Origin: Tepidisphaerales bacterium
Lineage (GTDB): Bacteria; Planctomycetota; Phycisphaerae; Tepidisphaerales; Tepidisphaeraceae
DNA length: 32,000 bases
NCBI GenBank assembly: GCA_038240605.1
Contig: JBBSDP010000011.1
Span: forward strand, 75,182-107,181
Direction: 5' to 3'
Shown: piece after piece, positions 8,712 through 19,131 of the stretch
How positions within the stretch are numbered: the first letter of the stretch is position 1
Layout: the number at the start of each line of letters is the position of its first letter
Notes under the pieces: model-generated
What the model was told of the DNA's origin: nothing
Seen by the model: the letters and a program-made list of their open reading frames with translations, nothing else
Databases searched by the model: none
Made by a program: the position numbers and the translations under genes

Positions 8712-9998
8712 ATGAGTGGCCGGCGGAAGCTTGCGTGGCGAACATCGCTCGCCGCGGTCGCGGTCACCCTCACGATCGCCTTGGCCGTCTCGCTGGTCGC
8801 CGGATGCGGCCACCCGGCCGCTCCGCCTCCGCCTCCACCGCCGCCCGTTTCAATCACACGGCCGATGGAGAAGGAAGTGATCGAATGGGACGAGTACACC
8901 GGCACGCTTCAGTCGCCCGAGACGGCCACCGTTGCGGCGCGGGTCAGCGGATTCGTCGAGAAGGCGGATTTCAAGGAAGGGACGATCGTCCACGCCGGCG
9001 ACTTGCTCTTCATCATCGACCCGCGCCCCTATCAGGCGGACCTGGACAATAAGATCGCGGCGGTCGCGCAGGCCCAGTCGCAGGCCGACCAGGCCAAGGT
9101 TCACTACGACCGCTATGCCAAGGTTCGCGGCACGCAGGCGATCTCGGAAGATGACTACGATGCCGCGAAAGCCTCTTACGCGCAGGCCTCTTCCGCCCTC
9201 GCCGCGGCCAGGGCGGCCACGCAAACCGCGCAGCTCAACCTGGAGTGGACGCGCGTCACGGCGCCGATCAACGGCCGAATCAGCCGTAAGTTCGTGACGC
9301 AGGGGAACCTCGTGAACGGCGGCGCCGGCCAGGCGACACAGCTCACCACCATCGTCTCCCTCGATCCGATCTACAGCTATTTCAACGTCCCCGGCCGCGC
9401 GTACCTCAAATACCACGCCCTCTCGGAACAGGAGCGCCGTAGCGGTTCGGCGCGGGGGGATGTCCCCTGCTTCATGGAATTGGAGACCGAGGCGCGCTTT
9501 CCACACGAAGGCGTTGTCGATTTCATGGACAACCAGATCGACCCGGGCACCGGGACGATGCAGATCCGCGGCGTGTTCCGCAACCCCAACGGCGAACTCC
9601 TGCCCGGGCTCTTCGCGCGCACGCGCATCCCCGGCAGTGCCCGCTATCGCACCATTCTGATCCCGGATGTGGCGGTGATGACCGATCAGGCCGAGAAATA
9701 CCTCTTCGTCGTGGTCAAAGATAACGTCGTCGAGCGCCGAACCGTTGAGCTGGGAGCGGCGTTCGGCCCCCTTCGATCGATCAAGACGGGGGTCCAACTG
9801 GGAGAGCAGGTCATCGTCGAGGGACTGACGCAGGCGGCGCCGGGGCGACCCGTCCAGCCGAAGGAGGTCCCCTTCCCGCGCAATACCGACGAAGACCTGA
9901 GCGGCATCCAATCGCCGACCACCCGTGCCCTGCCGACGTCCGACCCGGCGTCGCAACCCGCGGAAGCGGCGCGGGCAACGACGCAGCCCGCCCGCTAA
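8712..9998 (+). CDS. Efflux RND transporter periplasmic adaptor subunit (membrane fusion lipoprotein)
   Basis: Lipobox LVAGC; EWDEYTGTLQSPETATVAARVSGFVEKADFKEGTIVHAGDLLFIIDPRPYQADLD, WTRVTAPINGRISRKFVTQGNLV. Confidence 0.93.
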   Translation: MSGRRKLAWRTSLAAVAVTLTIALAVSLVAGCGHPAAPPPPPPPPVSITRPMEKEVIEWDEYTGTLQSPETATVAARVSGFVEKADFKEGTIVHAGDLLFIIDPRPYQADLDNKIAAVAQAQSQADQAKVHYDRYAKVRGTQAISEDDYDAAKASYAQASSALAAARAATQTAQLNLEWTRVTAPINGRISRKFVTQGNLVNGGAGQATQLTTIVSLDPIYSYFNVPGRAYLKYHALSEQERRSGSARGDVPCFMELETEARFPHEGVVDFMDNQIDPGTGTMQIRGVFRNPNGELLPGLFARTRIPGSARYRTILIPDVAVMTDQAEKYLFVVVKDNVVERRTVELGAAFGPLRSIKTGVQLGEQVIVEGLTQAAPGRPVQPKEVPFPRNTDEDLSGIQSPTTRALPTSDPASQPAEAARATTQPAR

Positions 9999-10007
9999 GG
10001 GTGTCTC

Positions 10008-13000
10008 ATGAACATCGCCCATTTTTTCATCGACCGTCCGGTCTTTGCCGCCGTCCTCTCGATCGTCACGATCATTGCCGGCGCGCTGGCGATCTTCGCG
10101 CTGCCGATCTCGCAATATCCGGATATCGCCCCGCCCACCGTCACGATCAGCACTTCGTATCCAGGCGCGAACGCCGACACCGTCTCCAAGACCGTCGCCA
10201 CGCCGATTGAAGAGCAGGTGAACGGCGTCGAGAACATGCTCTACATGTCGAGCCAGTGCACGAACGACGGCTCGATGCACCTGACGGTCACGTTCAAAGT
10301 GGGGACGAACCTGGACGTGGCGCAGGTGCAGGTGCAGAACCGCGTGGCGATCGCCCAGCCGCAGCTCCCCAGCGAAGTGCAGCTCCAGGGAATCACGGTC
10401 AAGAAGGCCTCTCCGAACATCACGCTCGTCGTCGCGGTCTACTCGCCCGAGGACACCCACGACCTGCTCTACCTGAGCAACTACGCGACGCTCCAGCTCA
10501 AGGACGAGATCGCCCGCCTGCCGGGCGTCGGCGACATCACGATCTTCGGCGCCCGCGATTACTCGATGCGGCTGTGGCTCGATCCCGACAAGCTCGCCGC
10601 ACGCGGCATCACCACGAGCGACGTGGTCGCGGCAGTCCGCGAGCAGAACGTGCAGGTGGCGGCGGGGATCATCGGCGGACCGCCCCTGCCGCCCGGCGCG
10701 GCGCAGTTCCAGTACACGGTCAGCGCCCAGGGCCGACTCACCGATCCCGAGCAATTCAACAACATCATCGTGAAGGTTGGTGACAACGGCCGCGTCACCT
10801 ACCTGCGCGACGTCGGACGCGCCGCGCTCGGCGCCGCCGATTACAGCACTTCCAACACCTACAACGGCCGCCCCGCCGTCGCGATCGCGATCTTCCAGCT
10901 CCCCGGCTCCAACGCGCTGCAGACCGCCAACGCCGTCTACAAGCGCATGAAGGAGCTGCGGCCCAAGTTCCCGCCCGGCGTTGAATATTCGCTCCCCTAC
11001 GACACGACGGTCTTCGTCCGCGACAGCATCGTGGACGTGACGCTGACGCTGCTGGAGGGCGTGGGGCTGGTGGCGCTGGTCGTGCTCGTCTTCCTTCAGA
11101 GCTGGCGGGCGGCGCTGGTGCCGATGCTGGCGATCCCCGTTTCGCTGGTCGGCACGTTCGCGGTCATGTGGCTGGCCGGGTTCTCGCTGAACAACCTCTC
11201 GCTGTTCGGCCTGATGCTGGCGATCGGCATCGTGGTGGACGACGCGATCGTCGTCGTCGAAAACGTCGAACGATGGGTGGAGCGCGGCGCCAGCCCGCGC
11301 GAGGCCGCCTATAAGGCGATGGACGAAGTGACCCCGGCGGTCATCGCGATCGCGTTCGGCCTCTCCGCGGTCTTCATCCCCGTGGCGTTCATCACCGGCA
11401 TCACCGGGCAGTTCTACCGGCAGTTCGCGCTCACGATCGCCTTCTCGACGCTCCTGTCGGCCTTCAACTCGCTGACGCTCAGCCCCGCCCTGTGCGTGCT
11501 GCTACTCAAGCCGCGCGGCGCGACGCGCGACTGGGGCACCCGGACGCTCAACTTCCTGCTCGGCTGGTTCTTCCGCCTTTTCAACCGCGGGTTCGACCGG
11601 CTGAACGGAACCTACATCTCCGCGCTGCGCCGCGTCGTGCGGTTCAGCGCCGTTGCCCTCCTGGCCTACGTCGGGCTGATCTTCCTGGCATACCTCGGCT
11701 TCAAGGCGGTCCCCAGCGGATTCATCCCCCAGCAGGACCAGGGTTACCTGATCATCAACCTCCAGATGCCCGACGCCGCCTCGATCGACCGCACCCAGGC
11801 GACGCTCGCGGAGATGTCGAAGATCGCCACGAACATTAAGGGTGTGAAAGACCAGTTCACTGTCGCGGGGTTGTCGATCCTCTCCAACTCCACTTCCTCG
11901 GCGGCGGGCGTGATGTTCGTGACGCTCGACCCGTTCCACGATCGCGCCGGCAAAGCGGACGTTTCGGCCAACGCGATCATGGCCCGGCTGCGCCAGGCAT
12001 TTGCACCCATCGAAGGGGGCTCGATCCTCGTCTTCCCACCGCCGCCGGTGAACGGCATCGGCAGTGCCGGCGGGTTCAAGATGCAGATCGAGGACCGCTC
12101 GGGACTCGGCACCCCCCAGCAGCTCGAAGGGGTCCTGCATCAGGTGATGGCGGAGGCGGGCAAGCGCCCGGAGGTGACCTCGCTCTTCTCCAGCTACCGT
12201 GCCAGCTTTCCGCAGCTCTACGCGAACGTCGATCGCGTCAAGGCCAAGCAGCAGAACGTAACCGTCACCAATCTCTTCCAGACGCTTCAGGTCTACCTGG
12301 GCGGCCTGTACATCAACGACTTCAACTTCCTCGGCCGCACCTGGCACGTGACGGCGCAGGCCGATGCCCCGTTCCGCGCCAAGGCGGCGGACGTCTCTCG
12401 CTTCGAAACCCGCAACCTCGCCGGGCAGATGGTCCCGCTCGGCGCCGTGATGGACCTGAAGGACATCACCGGCCCGGACCGGATCCAGCGGTATGACCTT
12501 TACCTTTCCGCCGAGATCAACGGCGCTACTGCGCCTGGCTTCAGCAGCGGCCAGTCGCTGGCCGCGATGCAGCAGGTCGCCGACCAGGTGATGCCGGCGC
12601 AGTACAGCTTCGAGTGGACCGACCTCGCCTATCAGGAGAAGGCGGCGGGCAACACCGCGCTCTTCATATTCCCGCTGTGCATCCTCTTCGTCTGGCTCAC
12701 CCATTCGGCGGAATACGAGAGCTTCGCGCTCTCGACCGCGATCATCCTGATCGTCCCGATGTGCCTCCTGTGCGCGATCGCCGGCGTGTGGTTGCGCGGC
12801 ATGGACAACAACATCTTCACGCAGATCGGCCTGGTCGTGCTGGCCGGCATGAGCGTCAAGAACGCGGTGCTGATCGTGGAGTTCGCCAAGCAGCAGCAGG
12901 AGCATCACCCCGAGATGAAGGCCGCCGACGCCGCCATCGAGGCCGCGCGCCTCCGCCTGCGGCCCATCCTCATGACCAGCTTCGCGTTCATCTTCGGCGT

Positions 13001-13289
13001 ACTGCCGCTGCTCACCGCTACCGGCGCCGGCTCGGAGATGCGCCAGGCCCTGGGCACCGCGGTCTTCTTCGGCATGATCGGCGTCACGTTCTTCGGCGTG
13101 TTCCTCACGCCGGTCTTCTATACGGTGATCCGCAACCTCACCGGCCGGCGCGTGATCCCGCCGAACGCGGGCGTCCGCGGACGGATGACGACCGACGACG
13201 AAGGCGCCTTGACCAGTGATGCGGAAGGCAATGGCGAGAAAGAACGCGACGGCGACGGCAACCCCGTCACGCCCGAGCTGGCCCACTAG
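10008..13289 (+). CDS. Efflux RND transporter permease subunit (AcrB/MexB, HAE1 type)
   Basis: MNIAHFFIDRPVFAAVLSIVTIIAGALAIFALPISQYPDIAPPTVTISTSYPGANADTVSKTVATPIEEQVNGVENMLYMSS; VVVLVFLQSWRA-like region; AIGIVVDDAIVVVENVERW; about 1093 aa. Confidence 0.97.
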   Translation: MNIAHFFIDRPVFAAVLSIVTIIAGALAIFALPISQYPDIAPPTVTISTSYPGANADTVSKTVATPIEEQVNGVENMLYMSSQCTNDGSMHLTVTFKVGTNLDVAQVQVQNRVAIAQPQLPSEVQLQGITVKKASPNITLVVAVYSPEDTHDLLYLSNYATLQLKDEIARLPGVGDITIFGARDYSMRLWLDPDKLAARGITTSDVVAAVREQNVQVAAGIIGGPPLPPGAAQFQYTVSAQGRLTDPEQFNNIIVKVGDNGRVTYLRDVGRAALGAADYSTSNTYNGRPAVAIAIFQLPGSNALQTANAVYKRMKELRPKFPPGVEYSLPYDTTVFVRDSIVDVTLTLLEGVGLVALVVLVFLQSWRAALVPMLAIPVSLVGTFAVMWLAGFSLNNLSLFGLMLAIGIVVDDAIVVVENVERWVERGASPREAAYKAMDEVTPAVIAIAFGLSAVFIPVAFITGITGQFYRQFALTIAFSTLLSAFNSLTLSPALCVLLLKPRGATRDWGTRTLNFLLGWFFRLFNRGFDRLNGTYISALRRVVRFSAVALLAYVGLIFLAYLGFKAVPSGFIPQQDQGYLIINLQMPDAASIDRTQATLAEMSKIATNIKGVKDQFTVAGLSILSNSTSSAAGVMFVTLDPFHDRAGKADVSANAIMARLRQAFAPIEGGSILVFPPPPVNGIGSAGGFKMQIEDRSGLGTPQQLEGVLHQVMAEAGKRPEVTSLFSSYRASFPQLYANVDRVKAKQQNVTVTNLFQTLQVYLGGLYINDFNFLGRTWHVTAQADAPFRAKAADVSRFETRNLAGQMVPLGAVMDLKDITGPDRIQRYDLYLSAEINGATAPGFSSGQSLAAMQQVADQVMPAQYSFEWTDLAYQEKAAGNTALFIFPLCILFVWLTHSAEYESFALSTAIILIVPMCLLCAIAGVWLRGMDNNIFTQIGLVVLAGMSVKNAVLIVEFAKQQQEHHPEMKAADAAIEAARLRLRPILMTSFAFIFGVLPLLTATGAGSEMRQALGTAVFFGMIGVTFFGVFLTPVFYTVIRNLTGRRVIPPNAGVRGRMTTDDEGALTSDAEGNGEKERDGDGNPVTPELAH

Positions 13290-13303
13290 CGAAACATACA
13301 AGC

Positions 13304-13321
13304 CCGCCCGCGCGCGGGCGG
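13304..13321. repeat. GC-rich perfect palindrome in the intergenic gap of the RND operon
   Basis: CCGCCCGCGCGCGGGCGG (18 nt) between the permease stop (13289) and the outer-membrane factor start (13344). Confidence 0.5.
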
Positions 13322-13343
13322 CGCGCGAAGGGACGCGGAATCC

Positions 13344-14864
13344 ATGCGGCAATCTCTCGGCGTTGCCCTCACGGCGATCGTCGGCCTCGGCGGATGTACC
13401 GTCGGGCCCGATTACCATCGACCCACCTCACACCTCCCGGACCGCTTCGCGGGGGCGAGCACGCAGCCCACGACGCAGCCCGCGGAGGTGGTGGACATCC
13501 AGCGCTGGTGGCAGACGTTCGGCGACTCGGGTCTGAACAGCCTGATCGATCGTGGCGTCGCCTCCAATCTCGACGTGCGCCTCGCCACCGCGAGGGTGCG
13601 CGAGGCCCGCGCCCAGGTCGAGTTCAACCGCGCCGGCCTCTTTCCCACCGTCGACTCCAGCGCCAATTACACGCGCAGCCGTTCAAGCAGGAACGCAGTC
13701 GGCGTGCCGTTTGGTGGCGGATCGACCACTCCCACGGGCGGAGGAACCGGCAGCGGTGGATCGACCGGCGGCGGAACAACCGGCGGCACCACGGCGACGC
13801 CTACTGCGTTCTCGATCGGTGAAAGCAACCTCTATCAGGCCGGCTTCGACGCCGGCTGGGAGATCGACGTCTTCGGCGGCACCCGCCGGGCCATCGAAGC
13901 AGCCCAGTACTCGTATGAAGCGCAGATCGAGGCCCGTCGTAATGCGCTGGTTACCCTTCTCTCGGAGGTCGCGCGGAACTACGTCATGCTCCGCGGCTTT
14001 CAGCACGAGCTGGCGATCGTGCGCGACAACGCCGCGGCGCAGCGCAACACGCTGAAGCTCCAGCAGGACAAGCTCCAGGCCGGCATTGCAACGCGACTCA
14101 ATGTTGCGCAGTCCCTGGCACAGGTCGCGTCAACTGAATCGCAGATCCCCACGCTCCAGACAGAGATCCAGCAGGCCATCCATCGCCTGGGCGTCCTGCT
14201 CGATCAGGATCCGGCGTCGCTGGAAGCGGAGCTGGCCCCCGATGCGCCGCTGCCCGTCGGCCCCTCTCAGATCCCGCCGGACTTGCCATCAGAACTGCTC
14301 CGCCGCCGGCCCGACGTGCGCCACGCGGAGCGGCAGCTTGCGGTCGCCACCGCGAACATCGGCGTGGCCACGGCCGACCTCTTCCCCAAGTTCAGCCTCA
14401 CCGGCTCACTGGGCCTCGAGAGCCTTCAGCTCAAGAGCTTCGCAGACAGCGCCAGCGTTTTCTGGTCGGTGGGGCCGACGGTGAGCTGGCGCGTCTTTGA
14501 CGCCGGACGGATTCGCGCCAACATTCGCGTGCAGAACGCGCGGCAGGAGGAGGCGTTCCTCCAGTACCGCCAGGCGGTGCGGCAATCGTTGGCGGACGTG
14601 GAAGACGCGCTGGTCGCCTACAACCGCGAGCAGGCCCGGCGTCGGGCACTGCACGATGCGGTGCAGGCGAACCTGGAGGCGGTTGACCTGGCCAAACAGC
14701 TCAACAATGCCGGCGTCGTCGATTTCCTCAACGTGCTGACGGCGCAGCTCCAGCTCTATCAGTCGCAGGATCAATTAGCGCAAAGCGAACAGACGGTTTC
14801 CACCGACCTCATCGCGCTTTATAAAGCGTTGGGCGGCGGGTGGGAAGCGATCGATCAGCCATGA
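13344..14864 (+). CDS. Efflux transporter outer membrane subunit (NodT/OprM family lipoprotein)
   Basis: Lipobox GLGGC; TVGPDYHRP, WWQTFGDSGLNSLIDRGVASNLDVRLATARVREARAQ, DVFGGTRRAIEAA, LRRRPDVRHAERQLAVATANIGVATADLFPKFSLTGSLG. Confidence 0.94.
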   Translation: MRQSLGVALTAIVGLGGCTVGPDYHRPTSHLPDRFAGASTQPTTQPAEVVDIQRWWQTFGDSGLNSLIDRGVASNLDVRLATARVREARAQVEFNRAGLFPTVDSSANYTRSRSSRNAVGVPFGGGSTTPTGGGTGSGGSTGGGTTGGTTATPTAFSIGESNLYQAGFDAGWEIDVFGGTRRAIEAAQYSYEAQIEARRNALVTLLSEVARNYVMLRGFQHELAIVRDNAAAQRNTLKLQQDKLQAGIATRLNVAQSLAQVASTESQIPTLQTEIQQAIHRLGVLLDQDPASLEAELAPDAPLPVGPSQIPPDLPSELLRRRPDVRHAERQLAVATANIGVATADLFPKFSLTGSLGLESLQLKSFADSASVFWSVGPTVSWRVFDAGRIRANIRVQNARQEEAFLQYRQAVRQSLADVEDALVAYNREQARRRALHDAVQANLEAVDLAKQLNNAGVVDFLNVLTAQLQLYQSQDQLAQSEQTVSTDLIALYKALGGGWEAIDQP

Positions 14865-15201
14865 ACGCGCGTGAAAACGCACTCGATCAGTTCCGCCTCG
14901 ACGGCCGCCGGGCACTCATTACCGGCGGCGGCCGTGGGCTGGGGAACGTGTGCTGGCGCTGGAGTGGGCGCAGCCCGGCGTGACGGTGAACGCACTGTGC
15001 CCTGGCCCCTTCGCAACGGAGATGAACCAGGCGGTTCTCAAGGACCCAAAGCAGTACGCCGAGTTCATCGCGAAAGTCCCCATGGGACGCTTGGGTGAAC
15101 TGCGCGAGATCGACGGTCCCGCCCTCTTCCTCGCCTCCGATGCCTCGTCCTTCATGACCCGCAACACGCTCTTCGTCGATGGCGGCTGGACGGCGCAATA
15201 G
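14861..15201 (+). pseudogene. Short-chain dehydrogenase/reductase (SDR) remnant, central portion missing and frame changed
   Basis: Frame A from ATG 14861: [28 protein letters not shown] (SDR TGxxxGxG). Frame B from 14950: [27 protein letters not shown]...[28 protein letters not shown] (SDR C-terminus). The Tyr-Lys active-site region is absent. Confidence 0.85.
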
Positions 15202-15222
15202 CGCATCGATCTGGTGGATCGA

Positions 15223-18200
15223 TCACCACCGGAAGAACCGATAGGGATCGTCCCACTCTTCCGGCGTGTCCAGGTACATCCCACTCAGGTATCGATGCTC
15301 ATCCTGCCCGCCGACCGGTGTTGAAAACCGATCGAGCAACGGCGTCGATCCCGCGACGCCCGCGTTCGCGAGCAACCGCGACAGCAGGAACGACGACCGC
15401 CGGTACGTGCGACGCAGGTTGTGCGAATGCGCAAAATCGAATTGCCACGGGACCAGCTGGCAAAAGACGACCGTGCCTCGACCTCCCTTCGGCGCCGCGA
15501 CGGCAAGTACCCCATCACCCAGTACGGTTCCCCCGCTGGCAACAAGTGATATCTCGCGCGGACCGCGGTCATGAACATCCGCCGGGCCAACGTACGCCAA
15601 CGGAGACGCGAGCCCTGGCCGATCGAAGACGGCGTTGATGTGCTCCCCCTTTCGCAGCGTCATCTCGAACGGCAGCACGGCGTCCGCGCCCGCCTGATCC
15701 ATCCCAATCGCTACGATATTTCCGCCCGCCTCCAGGAACGCCCCCACGTTCTTCTTATTCGACGCTAGCGCATTCGCACCACCGGGTCCCACCACCAGCA
15801 CCTCGTCAGCGGCCAGCTTCGCACGCGCGACATACGCAGTTGCCGCCACGCCGGCCAATTCCAGATGCTTACGGCCTTCGGCCTCGCCGACGTACACCGC
15901 TCGGCGCACCGCCGGCGGTTTCCACGTCGCCGCGTATTGCAGGAGGTTCGTCGCCACCGCTTCCGCGGCGGGATCCGATTCCGTACGGCCCGTCACATCA
16001 AGCTGGCAGAAGAGGACCATGCCGCTTCCCTCGCGGTACTCCAGCAGCGGGCTGTACTGGAGGCTGTATCCGCCATCGACGATCGGCCGAAAATCCCCCC
16101 TTGCCGGCTTCTCGATCAGGACCGATGCCACGCTTCCCCGATTGCCGCAGCGCCACACGCGCGTCACCGGAATGTCGCACCACTTCACCGTCGGCCCATA
16201 TCGCTCCCGGCGCTCATACGTCAGCCGCGGCGCAGTCGTCGTCGCCTCACCGCGCCAGTCGCTCCACGCTTCGCCATCGATCCCCGCCAGCGCCGGATGA
16301 TCCGACACGCGCGGGAAGACGCGCCGCAGCCCATACTCCGCCACACGAAACCCGAGCCGCCGTTCCAGCGCCGGAGCCGTCTGCTCGAAGACGATCACCT
16401 TGAGCCCCGTGCGCACCCGGCTCAGTTGCGGCGCCGGTCCGTCCACCTTAAGCGCGTGTTTCCCGACGATGAGCACATCGACGCCGGTCAAATCCGCATC
16501 CGCATTGACCCGGCGGAATTGGACGCCGATCTTCTGCAGCCACGACGCAGTCTCTCCTTTCGGATCGAACAGCGCGATGGACGACTCGATCTTTGGCGCG
16601 GCATGCGCGGGCAGCACATGAATCGTGAACGAATCCGCCTGCACCTGCCCGTCTCCGAATCGCACCCGGGCGTGCAGCTCGTAAGCGCCCGGCGGCAACT
16701 CCGCCGGCAGTTGAAAATTCAGTGGGATGCGCGCCTGCTGCCCGGTCTCCACCGTCACCTTGGACTCGCCCACCTGCGCCGCCGGAAGCGCAAATGACCA
16801 GTCACAGGCGAACGTGAGCGTCCTTCGCGAATTGTTGATTACGATGAGCTGCTTCTCGACCGTCTCTGCCGCGCGGAAGTTGTGATCCTTGGAAGTGAAC
16901 GCCGATGCCTTGCCCGCGATATACGCCAGCACCGGCTGATTGTTGCGCAGCACGGCCTTCCCCACGGCAGTTGGAATCCAGTCGGCCAGTTCGTAGGCGG
17001 TGTCGATTCGTTCGACGCGCTGGTCGATGAAGTCCGGGCTGAGCCCGGGTCGCTGAAGATTCTCCCAGTCCACCGGCAGCGAGGCGTGGCCGCGCCGCAC
17101 GCCGGGCCCGGCCGTCCAGAACATGCCGAACTCCCACGGCGAGATTCCCGATACGCCCCACGTTCGAAACGCCCGCCACGTGTCGGTGAGGTATTCCGCC
17201 ATAACCGCGTTGCGGTCCTCGAAGCGCGGCGAGCCCATCTCGGTGGGGTAATCCCAGCGCTGCCAGACCTTGCCGGCTTTGAACTGCTCGGCCTCCCAGC
17301 GCAAGTTTGCCTTCTCCCGGTCGCCGATATTGAACGCCCGGTCCCCCATGAACTGCGCGTTCCATTCCGCGAGGCACAATTCCCATGGCACCGCCGCGCT
17401 GCCGAACTCGCGCTCCCCCTTGTACCAGCCGCGGTACATCGCATGGTCCCAGCTGAACGGCGCGCCATATTCGCAGGTGAAGGCCGGCTTCACCCCCGCC
17501 GTCGCCCAATGGCCGAACCAGTCGCACAGCTCCTGGATCGGCGCGAAGTTCGGATAGAAGTTGCTGGTGTGCATCGCGCCGATGTTCCCACCGGCGTGGT
17601 GGTAAACGATTCGCCCCGGGTCCAGCCGGTGCACGATCGCCTCCGCCCGCAGCGCCAGCTTCGCGTTCTTCGTGGACCACTCCTCTCGCGCATCGTGCAG
17701 CCCGTCGATCAGGTCCGGGTTCATGTCCTCCGTGTACCCGGTGGCGTTGTGGCTCATCGCGTAAAAGACGACGGAGGGATGGTTCGAAGCGACGCGCGCG
17801 TAGAACGCCGCATGAACGGCGTACCCGTTCTTCTCATCCGCGTCCGGCGCGTTCCACTCGTACTGCGAGAAATGCGGCTGCGTCAGCGCGACCAGCATCC
17901 CCGCGTCGTCCGCCGCTCTGAGGATCTCGGCGAAGCTCAGGTGGGAGCCCGGCTCGCAGTCGTAGTTGTGCGCGTAAACGAAGTTGATGCCGATCGACTT
18001 GAGCCGTTTCATCGTCTCCAGCGCAGCGGCGTAGTTTGCCGCGCCCGCGCCGATCGTCGCGTTGTCGATCGGCACTGCCGACAAAAACACGCGCGTGCCG
18101 TTCAGGAAAAAATCGCGACCGTCGATCCACAGTTCCCGGAATCCAAATCGCTCCTCCAGCGCCGTATCCAGCACCGCCCCATCCGCCCCGGTCAGCGAAA

Positions 18201-19131
18201 GTTGAACGTCATACATATTCTCCGGCGTGTTCAGGTCCCAAAACCGCTCCGGCTTCCATTTCGCCGTGAAACCGAAACGGCCGCCCGCCGCGTCTTCCGC
18301 TGTGAACGATTTGCTGGCAAACGTCGTCACCTTTCGACCATGATCCGTCACACGCGCCCGCAGCCCGTACGTCTGCCCGGCCGCGAGCCGCTGCAAATCC
18401 GTCCTGAACGTGATCTCCCCGCGCCGTACGGAGGTGTTCACATCAATCGAATCGATTCGCGCCCCAACCGGCGTACTCGTCAGAAGCACGTCGCCGCACA
18501 ATCCGCGCCGCTCCACCGCCCCTTTGATCGTCTTCGCGGTCGCGGTGTCCGCGTAAGAGAGCAACACCCCCTTCAGCGGCATCGCCCGAACGAGGAGGCT
18601 CAGCACATGTGTCTTGCCCGGCTCACACGCCGCCGACAGATCCATCTCCCCGGCGGGAAACCGGATCTCCCCAATCCGCTTCCCATCCACGAACACAACC
18701 GCGTACGAGTTGAGATACTCCACCGACAGTGCGATGCGCCGCCCTTTCCACTCCGACGGGATGGTGATCTCCCGCTGATACCAGGCCGCATCCACCTCTG
18801 CCGGCTTCGCATTCTTAAACGTCGGATTCGGATAGATCGTCTGCGAATCCTTCTCCAGATAATCCCCGCTCCCCGGCCAGTTCCCCGGCACCTTGAAGAA
18901 TCCCCACCCGCCCTCCGGCGACGCCTCACCGCCGGCCGGCTGCCAGCGCCAAAGCCCATTGAGGCAAACGACCTCCCGCGTCGGCGTCGCTTTCCGCCAC
19001 GCCTTCCCCAGGTCCCACACCGCCTTCACCCCCGCCGGCAGCTTCGCGTCATCGCGCTCCGCCCCCTTCGCGCCGCAAATAGAGCTGGCCAAAGCAAGAA
19101 TCGAAACAACCGTGCGAAGGGCGACGTTCAT
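15223..19131 (-). CDS. Glycoside hydrolase family 2 (beta-galactosidase/beta-glucuronidase-like) secreted enzyme
   Basis: N-terminal signal peptide (MNVALRTVVSILALASSICGAKG). GH2-like sugar-binding domain: RIALSVEYLNSYAVVFVDGKRIGE. TIM-barrel signatures: FGFRELWIDGRDFFLNGTRVFLSAV, HPSVVFYAMSHNATGY, KPAFTCEYGAPFSW. Confidence 0.85.
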   Translation of the reverse strand: MNVALRTVVSILALASSICGAKGAERDDAKLPAGVKAVWDLGKAWRKATPTREVVCLNGLWRWQPAGGEASPEGGWGFFKVPGNWPGSGDYLEKDSQTIYPNPTFKNAKPAEVDAAWYQREITIPSEWKGRRIALSVEYLNSYAVVFVDGKRIGEIRFPAGEMDLSAACEPGKTHVLSLLVRAMPLKGVLLSYADTATAKTIKGAVERRGLCGDVLLTSTPVGARIDSIDVNTSVRRGEITFRTDLQRLAAGQTYGLRARVTDHGRKVTTFASKSFTAEDAAGGRFGFTAKWKPERFWDLNTPENMYDVQLSLTGADGAVLDTALEERFGFRELWIDGRDFFLNGTRVFLSAVPIDNATIGAGAANYAAALETMKRLKSIGINFVYAHNYDCEPGSHLSFAEILRAADDAGMLVALTQPHFSQYEWNAPDADEKNGYAVHAAFYARVASNHPSVVFYAMSHNATGYTEDMNPDLIDGLHDAREEWSTKNAKLALRAEAIVHRLDPGRIVYHHAGGNIGAMHTSNFYPNFAPIQELCDWFGHWATAGVKPAFTCEYGAPFSWDHAMYRGWYKGEREFGSAAVPWELCLAEWNAQFMGDRAFNIGDREKANLRWEAEQFKAGKVWQRWDYPTEMGSPRFEDRNAVMAEYLTDTWRAFRTWGVSGISPWEFGMFWTAGPGVRRGHASLPVDWENLQRPGLSPDFIDQRVERIDTAYELADWIPTAVGKAVLRNNQPVLAYIAGKASAFTSKDHNFRAAETVEKQLIVINNSRRTLTFACDWSFALPAAQVGESKVTVETGQQARIPLNFQLPAELPPGAYELHARVRFGDGQVQADSFTIHVLPAHAAPKIESSIALFDPKGETASWLQKIGVQFRRVNADADLTGVDVLIVGKHALKVDGPAPQLSRVRTGLKVIVFEQTAPALERRLGFRVAEYGLRRVFPRVSDHPALAGIDGEAWSDWRGEATTTAPRLTYERRERYGPTVKWCDIPVTRVWRCGNRGSVASVLIEKPARGDFRPIVDGGYSLQYSPLLEYREGSGMVLFCQLDVTGRTESDPAAEAVATNLLQYAATWKPPAVRRAVYVGEAEGRKHLELAGVAATAYVARAKLAADEVLVVGPGGANALASNKKNVGAFLEAGGNIVAIGMDQAGADAVLPFEMTLRKGEHINAVFDRPGLASPLAYVGPADVHDRGPREISLVASGGTVLGDGVLAVAAPKGGRGTVVFCQLVPWQFDFAHSHNLRRTYRRSSFLLSRLLANAGVAGSTPLLDRFSTPVGGQDEHRYLSGMYLDTPEEWDDPYRFFRW

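Noticed and set aside
8850-10754. 634-aa minus-strand ORF spanning two RND genes
   Set aside because: Shadow ORF crossing the adaptor/permease boundary with no motif support.
11502-13418. 638-aa minus-strand ORF
   Set aside because: Antisense to the RND permease; Arg/Asp/Glu/His-rich composition typical of the opposite strand of high-GC coding DNA, and no recognisable motif.
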